DNA of 60,446 bases, from IMG/VR virus record IMGVR_UViG_3300022921_000005; one strand, 5' to 3'. The stretch comes from an uncultured virus (IMG/VR IMGVR_UViG_3300022921_000005). Its lineage: Duplodnaviria > Heunggongvirae > Uroviricota > Caudoviricetes. Both the position numbers and the translations under genes were made by a program. This document shows positions 19,267 through 27,256 of this stretch, one piece after another (the first letter of the stretch is position 1; each line of letters begins with the position of its first letter). The notes beneath the pieces were generated by a model, which was given only the letters and a program-made list of their open reading frames with translations, was not told the origin of the DNA and searched no databases.

Positions 19267-19773
19267 TTATACAACAGGTAGCATGTAATCAAATGCCCAT
19301 GTAACTGTAAACGTGGCAATTGTATCAGTTGTATTCCAATCAAGATCCAATGTACCTACATCAGTTGGCCAAATACCCACTAAGAAGTGATTATGGATTG
19401 GTGATGCAGATCGTTTTCCATAAAGCTGTACTATGCCTATGCCCTTGTACTGTGAAGGAGTTTCGCCTCTCAGGTTAGGTTCGCCTGAGTTGATTTTCTC
19501 CGACCATGACTCAAGATGTTTTCTCAGAGCCATATCTTCAGTACAAAGAACAGTTGTGGTCCATTCAGCATAAGTTCTGTCGCCAGCAAGTTTGATTTTA
19601 CGACCAAAGTAAGGCGCCTCAACAACGCCAACAGTCTGTGCAGGTACCGAAGTAGCCTGCACAACAACTCTTGAATCAAAACCATGGGGACCTGCTAAGA
19701 TTACGCTGAAAAGTGACGGCCGATAACCGTCACTTGCAAATGCGCCTTTAAATTCTTCTATTGAAAAAGCCAT
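19267..19773 (-). CDS. gp19: Tail tube protein
   Basis: RPSLF.V, PYFGR.IKLAGDRTY.EWTTTV, WPT.VG..DLDW, FTVTW.FDY. Confidence 0.95.
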   Translation of the reverse strand: MAFSIEEFKGAFASDGYRPSLFSVILAGPHGFDSRVVVQATSVPAQTVGVVEAPYFGRKIKLAGDRTYAEWTTTVLCTEDMALRKHLESWSEKINSGEPNLRGETPSQYKGIGIVQLYGKRSASPIHNHFLVGIWPTDVGTLDLDWNTTDTIATFTVTWAFDYMLPVV

Positions 19774-19804
19774 TTAAATTTCTCCTACTTGTTAGAGTTT
19801 GTTG

Positions 19805-19812
19805 TATTTATA
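19805..19812 (-). promoter_or_regulatory. T4-type late promoter (gp19)
   Basis: TATAAATA on minus strand. Confidence 0.8.
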
Positions 19813-19819
19813 CTATTTA

Positions 19820-22162
19820 TTAGAAATTACCGATAACTTCGGAGAATTCTACACCAGTTCTAACAGCGATGAAATTCAACTGAATGAAGTTGATTGAACG
19901 TGCAGGCTTGATGTAGATATCACCAACAAACTCGTTACGATCAATTACTTCAGGTGTGTTGTTTGTTTCATCACACACTACTGCGAAATCGTATACACCA
20001 CGGCCTGCTTTTACTTCACGCAGGAATGGCTCTACTGTATTCACGAACTGCGCTCTGGTGAATTCATCGTTGAATTCAAAGAGGCTGTACTTAGCCGCAG
20101 TAGCAATGGCTTTCTCAAGAACAATAAACAATCTTCGAACGTTGATTCGGTCGAATGCAGAAGGCTTCTTCAAGCCAGTCTTGTCACCGAACAGAATAAC
20201 GCCTTCACCCTTGAAGCGAACTACAGGGTTAACGCCATTCTTGTAGAGCAAATCGCGCTCTGCTTTCTTGGGATTCCAAGCAAGTTTAACAACATTCTTA
20301 ATCTGACCACGGTTGAAGCCAGCAGGTGACCACCAAGGATCACGCTCATCGTCTGTACGTACACAAAGACCAGCGATATCGCCGTTGAGAGGTACCCAAC
20401 GATACAAATCACCGTACTTGTCGTAGGTGTACTTGTAGCCGCTGTCGATTACAACGTAAGAAGAAGAAGACAGAGAGTTTCTGAAAGCTACAACATCAAG
20501 TTCTTCATCGCCGCCAGCGTTATTTACAACGTCAGCTTTCTCAGGTGAAGTGAAGAGTACACAATCTTTACGATGCTCAACGATATTATCAATCAACCAC
20601 TGAGTCATTTGAGTGCCGTTCGTGCCGTCACGAGACTTACCGTTCAGAACGAGAGAGATATCGATCTCTTCAGAATCTCTGAATACAGTGTATGCATCGA
20701 TCAAGTTCGCGAAAGGAGTAGAACTCTCACCAGAGAGATCACGACCACCAACAAATGACTTGCTGTAAGGAACATTCGCGGCCGTGCCTGCGGCTACAAG
20801 ATCAGTTGCTTCTGCTTCTGTCAGACCAGAAACATTACCACCGCCGTACCAGATGAAGTTAGAAGACTGATTCAATACGTCTTTAACATACTTGGTGCCG
20901 CCATCTTCGCCTTTGCCGTCAGTTGCGCGTGAAAGCTGTTGCCATACTTCAAGAATAGTGCCAGGAGTACCCGTGACAACACCGTCTTCGTCTACAACAA
21001 CTACGTGCATTTCGTCATTAACAGCAGAATTTTTAATCGCTTGATAGTTCGACTGACCAGGAGCGCCTTCTACAAGATCCCAATACTGCCACTTTCTACC
21101 GATAGTAGAAGTAGTGGTAAATGCTGTACCAAGTGTATATCTTTCAGTGAAAGAAAGTGTTACAGTTGAATCAGCGCCATCTGAAGCTGGCGTGCCGATT
21201 GCACTAATTTCAAGATAAACTTTACCAATTGAACTGTTACCAGCTTCAACGATATCGCCTACAGAAAATTGTGTTGTGAATTCAGTACAAACAGCTTGCG
21301 TGTCTTCTGAGGTTGCTACGGCACCACCGCCGCCCGCCACAGTAAGTGTTGCTGTGTTAGATCCAATTGAGAAAGCAAGTGAAGGAATTTCAATGTCTGC
21401 TTTGCTCAGAGAAGGAATCAAATCGCCATTGGCATATGTTGCAGTATCTTCAAGAGTAGCCATAGAAATTGACTGCTCAAATGCAGTTGTAGTACCACAA
21501 ACAGATACTTTCAAAGAGTTACCGATTGCGCCAGGATAACGTGCAATGAACTGTACGTCTGATTCAAAACCGGCTCCAGCACTTTCGTAATCATCTTCGT
21601 TTGTTACAACGTGATTTGTAAGATTTGCAAAGCCAGAGTTGGCAATTGCGCTAAATTGAAGTTCAGGATCGAAAATCTGAATTTCACGAGAACCAGTGAC
21701 AGTAGCACCATCAGCGATTGTCATTACTACTACAGTGTTCGAAACATTTTCTGTAACTGTATCTACAGTAGCGCCAGCAGGTATGCCGTCACCGAAGATG
21801 ACATCGCCTGAAGCAAGACCGAGACTAATAGATTCGATAGTAAGTGTAGTATTGCCAGTTTCCAAGATAGCTGTCGCTTTTACGTGATCGCCAGCTTTTG
21901 CGTCTTGGTGGGCTCGGCTAACATACAAACTATTACCGTATGAAAGAAAAGATTGTGCAGTGAACCAAGTCTCTGCGTTTAGATTTGTAGGCTTGCCGTA
22001 ACGTGCTACGAGTTCATCTTCGTTGGTGACGAGGGTTTCTGTGTTACAAGGTCCCCATCTAAAAACACCGCCAATTGCTCCGTCGGTAGTCGCTACCGCA
22101 GGAATAACTGTTGTCAAATCGATCTCAGTTACATTTACGCCTGGGCTTAATTGAAAAGGCAT
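19820..22162 (-). CDS. gp18: Contractile tail sheath protein
   Basis: FQLSPGV.V.EIDLT, WVPLNGDIAGLC, SPAGFNRG, FDRINVRRLF, VCDETNNTP.VIDRNEF. Confidence 0.98.
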   Translation of the reverse strand: MPFQLSPGVNVTEIDLTTVIPAVATTDGAIGGVFRWGPCNTETLVTNEDELVARYGKPTNLNAETWFTAQSFLSYGNSLYVSRAHQDAKAGDHVKATAILETGNTTLTIESISLGLASGDVIFGDGIPAGATVDTVTENVSNTVVVMTIADGATVTGSREIQIFDPELQFSAIANSGFANLTNHVVTNEDDYESAGAGFESDVQFIARYPGAIGNSLKVSVCGTTTAFEQSISMATLEDTATYANGDLIPSLSKADIEIPSLAFSIGSNTATLTVAGGGGAVATSEDTQAVCTEFTTQFSVGDIVEAGNSSIGKVYLEISAIGTPASDGADSTVTLSFTERYTLGTAFTTTSTIGRKWQYWDLVEGAPGQSNYQAIKNSAVNDEMHVVVVDEDGVVTGTPGTILEVWQQLSRATDGKGEDGGTKYVKDVLNQSSNFIWYGGGNVSGLTEAEATDLVAAGTAANVPYSKSFVGGRDLSGESSTPFANLIDAYTVFRDSEEIDISLVLNGKSRDGTNGTQMTQWLIDNIVEHRKDCVLFTSPEKADVVNNAGGDEELDVVAFRNSLSSSSYVVIDSGYKYTYDKYGDLYRWVPLNGDIAGLCVRTDDERDPWWSPAGFNRGQIKNVVKLAWNPKKAERDLLYKNGVNPVVRFKGEGVILFGDKTGLKKPSAFDRINVRRLFIVLEKAIATAAKYSLFEFNDEFTRAQFVNTVEPFLREVKAGRGVYDFAVVCDETNNTPEVIDRNEFVGDIYIKPARSINFIQLNFIAVRTGVEFSEVIGNF

Positions 22163-22204
22163 GTTAACTCTCCTATATTGATATATTGGTTGTTCAACTA
22201 CTAT

Positions 22205-22212
22205 TATTTATA
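22205..22212 (-). promoter_or_regulatory. T4-type late promoter (gp18)
   Basis: TATAAATA on minus strand. Confidence 0.8.
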
Positions 22213-22224
22213 ATTTTTTCATTT

Positions 22225-23895
22225 TTAGAAATTCACATTTTTCCATCCATCATGATCAACAGATAGAAAACTGTCGCCTTTAGTTGAAACAACAGGATTT
22301 TCTTCATAGTGATCAGTACCAGTGTCTATAATTCCAAAAGGAACAAGTTCCTCCATCATTCTGTCTTCACTGATCTCTTTCAGTTGACTTACAGTATTTA
22401 TATCAGTTAGTTCTTTAAAAAATTTCTGATTACTTAACCAACCAAAGAGAACAAGACCCATAACAAGATCATCATGATTTCCAGGTTCAGCTTCCCACGA
22501 TGTTCCTTTCTTGCTGAACGTAGAAAATTCTCTTATAGTTTCAAAGTCATTGATGATTAATTGATTCTGTTCTACTAGTAATTTTATCATAGAACAGCCA
22601 ATAGACTTGACTGACTTTGTTGTTCTAATTCCAAGATCAGCTTTTCCTGCAAATCCAGCCATACCTGAAATTAGTCTTTTGCCGCCTCTGCCTGAATTTT
22701 CAGTCAAAAGCATATTCTCATACTCTAATTCTTCGAATAATATACTACCAACTTGCTCGCCTATGTCATTCACTTCAACCATGATTGCCGCTTCATTATA
22801 ATATTTTGCTGTTCGCATAATCACAGTGGCATAATCTACAGGCGTAATCATATTATTTCTATATGTACAAACTTGATTGTAAGGCATTTTTGATGTATCG
22901 ATTACATGAAATGCAGAATAATCTAAACCCTTACCACGCGATACGTCTACCATGATTACATAGTTACGTGTTGGATCTGGCTCTTCATAAATTGTAATGC
23001 TGTCTACAGTTTTCACTGGTTCTTTATATACGAGTTGCTTGAGTTTCCAACCAGAGATGAGTGTACCAGATGAGCCAAGAAATTCACATTCCATTTCCTG
23101 TGCGAACTTTTCAGTGTCAAAGTCCATCGCGGCGAGCGTTTCTTGTCTCCATGCCTCGTCTCGACCAGGAACATCATGCCACAATACTTGCACAAACTGA
23201 TATCCATTTTTACCAGATTTTGCTCCTTCACATGTTTTGTAGAAGTGATTCAATCCATTCGGAGTAGATGTGAGTAGAATTTTTGTTGTGGTACCAGATG
23301 AAATAGTAGGAAATACTGAAGCAAAGAACTCATCCCAGTTTTCTACGAACGCTGTCTCATCGATGTAAAGGAATGATACAGACTTACCACGAATGGCAGA
23401 TGATGATGTCGCGGCTGCAATAATCTTACAGCCATTCTCAAATTCGACAGAGCCTTTGTTCCATTCTACGACTCCTTGTTGCATCCACTTCGGAAGTGCC
23501 TCGTAAGCCGTTTTAATGCGGTCGAGAATTTCCCGGGCAGCGTCTCCTTTATTTGCAAGAAGAGCAACAAGTTTGTGATCATTAAACAAAACATAATGAA
23601 GGATAAGGCATACAGCAGTCGTTGTTTTACCAGCCTGACGCGATGTAACGACACATGTTCTCCTATTTTCTGTTGTCTTTCTAATAATTTCTTTTTGATA
23701 ATCATAACAAGTAATGGGAATCAAACCATGATCTACGTGTACAATTTGAATATATTTTTCTGAGAAATAAATTGGATCTTTAGCACACTTGATGAACTCT
23801 TGGACCATCTCTTGAGTCCAATCAATCTGTACACCTTTTCTTTTGAGGTTTATATTGCCAAGATATGATTTATAATTTTCAATATCATTTATCAT
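22225..23895 (-). CDS. gp17: Terminase large subunit
   Basis: SRQAGKTT, LYIDETAF, STPNGLNHFY, VDVSRG.G.DYSAF, HDDLVM. Confidence 0.98.
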   Translation of the reverse strand: MINDIENYKSYLGNINLKRKGVQIDWTQEMVQEFIKCAKDPIYFSEKYIQIVHVDHGLIPITCYDYQKEIIRKTTENRRTCVVTSRQAGKTTTAVCLILHYVLFNDHKLVALLANKGDAAREILDRIKTAYEALPKWMQQGVVEWNKGSVEFENGCKIIAAATSSSAIRGKSVSFLYIDETAFVENWDEFFASVFPTISSGTTTKILLTSTPNGLNHFYKTCEGAKSGKNGYQFVQVLWHDVPGRDEAWRQETLAAMDFDTEKFAQEMECEFLGSSGTLISGWKLKQLVYKEPVKTVDSITIYEEPDPTRNYVIMVDVSRGKGLDYSAFHVIDTSKMPYNQVCTYRNNMITPVDYATVIMRTAKYYNEAAIMVEVNDIGEQVGSILFEELEYENMLLTENSGRGGKRLISGMAGFAGKADLGIRTTKSVKSIGCSMIKLLVEQNQLIINDFETIREFSTFSKKGTSWEAEPGNHDDLVMGLVLFGWLSNQKFFKELTDINTVSQLKEISEDRMMEELVPFGIIDTGTDHYEENPVVSTKGDSFLSVDHDGWKNVNF

Positions 23896-24518
23896 TTTTC
23901 GTATCCAAATTTTTCAAAATCTTCATTTGCAAATTCAATTATTTTTTCTCTTCTCGACTCATTATACATATCTTTCCATTTAGGTGTTGGCTTATTATTA
24001 ATAGCCGTCATGTTTTCATGTCTTAATGGAAATTTTACATCGGATTTATAAAAAGGTAATTTTTTTAAATCGTCTTCTAATGATTCTAAATGCAACACAT
24101 GATAACTTTTTTCGTCACTCATATAATCCGTTTGCGAAGACCATAACATAGAAGTATGATTATTTTCAATGGAATTTAAAAAATCTAAAAATTGATCAAA
24201 GTTATAACTAATCGAATAACCAGGTAAATCTATTTTCTCACCTCTCTGTTGTAATTCACGAATTATTTTTCTTGTGAAAAAATACATGCTCACTGCTCGC
24301 TCGTACGGATCTCTAACAGAAGCAATTTTTATAAAATCTTCTTTGCCTTTTGGCGCGACACGATTGTGCTTTATTCTGCCCTGTTTGCCTGAAATAAAGC
24401 TAAGAGGAGAAACGGAATAGTAACCATTATAATTTTTTCTAAAATAATTATCTAAAGACACGGATCCTGTTTTAGGAATATCATAATATACAAACTTATA
24501 TTCATCCGATACTATCAT
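23892..24518 (-). CDS. Sulfotransferase family 2-like protein
   Basis: IPKTGS.S 5'-PAPS-binding loop, VRDPYERAVSMY 3'-PB motif, L..DL, EDFEKFGY C-terminus. Confidence 0.85.
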   Translation of the reverse strand: MIVSDEYKFVYYDIPKTGSVSLDNYFRKNYNGYYSVSPLSFISGKQGRIKHNRVAPKGKEDFIKIASVRDPYERAVSMYFFTRKIIRELQQRGEKIDLPGYSISYNFDQFLDFLNSIENNHTSMLWSSQTDYMSDEKSYHVLHLESLEDDLKKLPFYKSDVKFPLRHENMTAINNKPTPKWKDMYNESRREKIIEFANEDFEKFGYEK

Positions 24519-24928
24519 TCTTCGTCTCTGTTCATTAGTTTAAGTAACTCACTCGTTGAACCCACAAACAAATTATTATTGGTGACTGTCTTATCGGCCT
24601 CTTTCACATCGTCTTTCTGTAGCTTCTGTTTTTTCTCATGCATGTCAAGCAAGTCTTTATTTAGCTCGCCCATTGTTTTGATTAGTCCAGCCAGAACTTC
24701 ATATGACCTAGGATGTTGTGACTGATCAGCGATTGCAGATAGTTCATCAATTGCGCCGTGTCCTTTTTCAATCAGATCATACATGTTCTGTCGAACGTAT
24801 TTTGAATCTGTATCGATCTCGTTTTTCGACTGTAAGCTCGGCCTATAAGTTGTAGGTAGTGGCTTTTTGTCATCATCGATATCAATTGGATTCAAATCTA
24901 AAATATCATTCACTTGTTTCTCTTTCAT
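24515..24928 (-). CDS. gp16: Terminase small subunit (start more likely ATG 24928 than 24940)
   Basis: D..YVR.N.Y.LIEKG..AI..L..IA..S.HPR.YEV, NNNLFVGSTSELLK. Confidence 0.93.
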   Translation of the reverse strand: MKEKQVNDILDLNPIDIDDDKKPLPTTYRPSLQSKNEIDTDSKYVRQNMYDLIEKGHGAIDELSAIADQSQHPRSYEVLAGLIKTMGELNKDLLDMHEKKQKLQKDDVKEADKTVTNNNLFVGSTSELLKLMNRDEE

Positions 24929-24929
24929 G

Positions 24930-25700
24930 TTATTCCCCATTTACTAATGGACCGCTCTTCGTTATTTGTCCAGGAGCAACACCAATCTTTGAAACTGGTG
25001 TCACATTTCCAACAGCATCGTCAATGTCAGTGAACAATGATGCATCATACAATTGCGTGTTTGCCAGTTTAATAACTTCAGATTTCTTATTGGGTCCAAA
25101 GAAGAAGCCTTTCATTGTAAAGTCTACAGTCCAGATCAATGCTCTTCTCTCTTCAAATGATCCTTCATAAACATCGTCTTGTGCTACGCTACCTAATACA
25201 AGAGGCACATCAAGAGTGATGTCTGGATCAGCGACAAGTTGAACTGTTGTTGTCCATTCTGGTGTAAAGTACGGCAGAATCTGCTCGATTATTTTAGTGC
25301 CGTCTGTCGTGTTCTTTACAAATATTGAAAGTGAAAACTGAATATCGTAAGGCACTGGATTATATTGATACTTCATCTTATCTTGATCAGTTGGAATTGG
25401 CGTTCTTACGAATTTATTAATCGTAGAAAGTTTTCTCTCAGGTGCATAGTTAAATCCAGTGATCTCAAATCCCATTCGAGGTAGAACAGTCGCAAATGGC
25501 TGTGTCATTGGATCGTCAGCATTCAGACCGTTAATTCTAGCCAGAAATTTTTCTCTAGGACCATATGACAGAGGCACTTTAAATGATTGCTTAACTGCAC
25601 CGTTTTCATCTTCTCTATTCACCCATATATTATTGAACAATGTGCCGAATAGTATCACATATTTTCGAAGTGTTCCGTGATAAAAAGTTTGACCGAACAT
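24930..25700 (-). CDS. gp15: Tail sheath stabilizer/completion protein
   Basis: FYH...RKYV..FGTLFNNI, VPLSYGP.EKFLAR, LPRMGFE, QILPYFTP. Confidence 0.96.
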   Translation of the reverse strand: MFGQTFYHGTLRKYVILFGTLFNNIWVNREDENGAVKQSFKVPLSYGPREKFLARINGLNADDPMTQPFATVLPRMGFEITGFNYAPERKLSTINKFVRTPIPTDQDKMKYQYNPVPYDIQFSLSIFVKNTTDGTKIIEQILPYFTPEWTTTVQLVADPDITLDVPLVLGSVAQDDVYEGSFEERRALIWTVDFTMKGFFFGPNKKSEVIKLANTQLYDASLFTDIDDAVGNVTPVSKIGVAPGQITKSGPLVNGE

Positions 25701-26428
25701 TAGATATTACCCTCACTGAATGGATCGATCTCAGTAAAATCGATAAATGAATCTTGAGCATCATATTGATCATTATCAGCGAATGGGTCGTTGCTCATAT
25801 CATATGACTGTGAAATATTATTTGCTCTGCCTGTGTCTGGATTAATTATAATATCACCATTTGCATATGTGTCTGCATTGTTACCGATTGCTACGTTTGT
25901 CGAATAGAGTTCTTCAAGTTCATCAATCTGAGGTACACCAGTGTTCAAATCTTCGTTGCTGTACTCGAAGATTTCACAGCGCAAATCGTAGGTCTGTAAT
26001 GATCCCATCTGATAGAAGATAGCTTCATGCTCAACAAATTTGATCACATAAACTTTCTGTGTGAGTGGGAAGTAAATCAGATCACCTTCTCTCGGTCGAG
26101 TGTTGACTTCTTCAGCGCCGATTGTGTTGTTATATACCCTCTGCGAAAGTGTGAACGTAATTTCATCTCGAATCTGTATATTGAATCTCGATAGGAAGTC
26201 ACCTTCGCCTTCGAAGCCCTCGACATTCTTGATATACATCTCAATCAAATATGCTGTATTATAAGAAGAGAGGGCATCTTCATTGAAAACTTCATCTTTC
26301 GCTTCAATCTTTCTAGGACAATAATACAGGTCATGGCCGTATATGCGAATTGATTCGATAATCAAATTTTCTACTAGAGTCTGCTCTGCATAACTCTCAA
26401 AATTATTGAAAAAAACATTAGTTGTCAC
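25700..26428 (-). CDS. gp14: Neck protein (GTG start)
   Basis: EQ.L.E.LI.ESI..YG.D.YY.PR, EGFEGEGDFLSRF, RPREGDLIYFP, FYQ.G. Confidence 0.96.
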   Translation of the reverse strand: MTTNVFFNNFESYAEQTLVENLIIESIRIYGHDLYYCPRKIEAKDEVFNEDALSSYNTAYLIEMYIKNVEGFEGEGDFLSRFNIQIRDEITFTLSQRVYNNTIGAEEVNTRPREGDLIYFPLTQKVYVIKFVEHEAIFYQMGSLQTYDLRCEIFEYSNEDLNTGVPQIDELEELYSTNVAIGNNADTYANGDIIINPDTGRANNISQSYDMSNDPFADNDQYDAQDSFIDFTEIDPFSEGNI

Positions 26429-26457
26429 TTGACATCCTCTCTTTGTTTAGATATAAT
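26429..26457 (+). promoter_or_regulatory. Perfect-consensus sigma70 promoter on + strand, antisense to gp13
   Basis: TTGACA TCCTCTCTTTGTTTAGA TATAAT (17-nt spacer) in the gp13-gp14 gap. Confidence 0.75.
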
Positions 26458-26461
26458 ATCA

Positions 26462-27205
26462 TTAACCGATCATATCCATTACAGGAAGACTATAGTTAGT
26501 GATCATCTCTTCTTCTAAACGCTTGATCTCTGTATCGGCATCATCGTACAACTTGTTGCCGTTAAATGTAATTCCACCTGGAAGTTGCATTCCTTCGAAC
26601 TTAGATAAGTTTGATCCCCATTGACGTTTGATCAATTGTGATGTATAATGTTGTAACCAACGGTCAGCCCATACATCTGTGTACGTGTTTGGATCAACGA
26701 CTTCATATGCTTCAACAAGGAGATACTCGCCTACTTGGAAGTGCTGTTTAGTTTTGTCAATGTGTAGTCTGTTTCTGTGTCGATTGTATCGTATAGGAGT
26801 TTTGCCTACAAGAATTTCTTGAACTAAACCTAGATGCTGAAGTGTCATAGTGAAGTTGATTAGTCCAACATTAGTGAGTGTGTAAAGATCGTTCAATGCA
26901 ATTTGGTATCGGATGTTAAAAAGATCGCCTGCAGATGTTGCTGGATCACCTAGTTCGAAAACACGAACTACGCCCATGATGTTTTCAGGCAAGTCTATAT
27001 ATTGATTAGAGATATTATCATTTGTCAGAGTGTGCTTATAGTAAATTTTTTCTGTACCGTCAAAATGATAATCCCAGTAGAAACGAAGTGCTTGATCGAT
27101 CCGATCTTCGACTTGATCATCGTCAACGTTGATTTCAATCACTGGTTTGCCTAACGCTCTGAGGCAATATTCTTTAAATTCTGAGCGAGTTGATGGCACT
27201 GCCAT
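26462..27205 (-). CDS. gp13: Neck protein
   Basis: YCLR.LG.PVIEINVDDDQ.EDRID.AL...DYHFDG; IKRQWG.NL.KFEG.QLPGG. Confidence 0.97.
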   Translation of the reverse strand: MAVPSTRSEFKEYCLRALGKPVIEINVDDDQVEDRIDQALRFYWDYHFDGTEKIYYKHTLTNDNISNQYIDLPENIMGVVRVFELGDPATSAGDLFNIRYQIALNDLYTLTNVGLINFTMTLQHLGLVQEILVGKTPIRYNRHRNRLHIDKTKQHFQVGEYLLVEAYEVVDPNTYTDVWADRWLQHYTSQLIKRQWGSNLSKFEGMQLPGGITFNGNKLYDDADTEIKRLEEEMITNYSLPVMDMIG

Positions 27206-27235
27206 TTTTGTACTCCATTGTAGATGTTATAAAGT

Positions 27236-27243
27236 TATTTATA
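27236..27243 (-). promoter_or_regulatory. T4-type late promoter (gp13)
   Basis: TATAAATA on minus strand. Confidence 0.75.
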
Positions 27244-27256
27244 AAATGAGGTTATT

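Noticed and set aside
2555..23895. Inteins, introns or homing endonucleases in gp46, uvsW, gp17, gp20, gp23
   Set aside because: Lengths are typical, frames are uninterrupted, and no splicing or endonuclease motifs were seen
1476..26457. Host assignment from CTTGACA -35 boxes (alphaproteobacterial-like)
   Set aside because: Three of four promoters have C before TTGACA, but this is too weak to name a host
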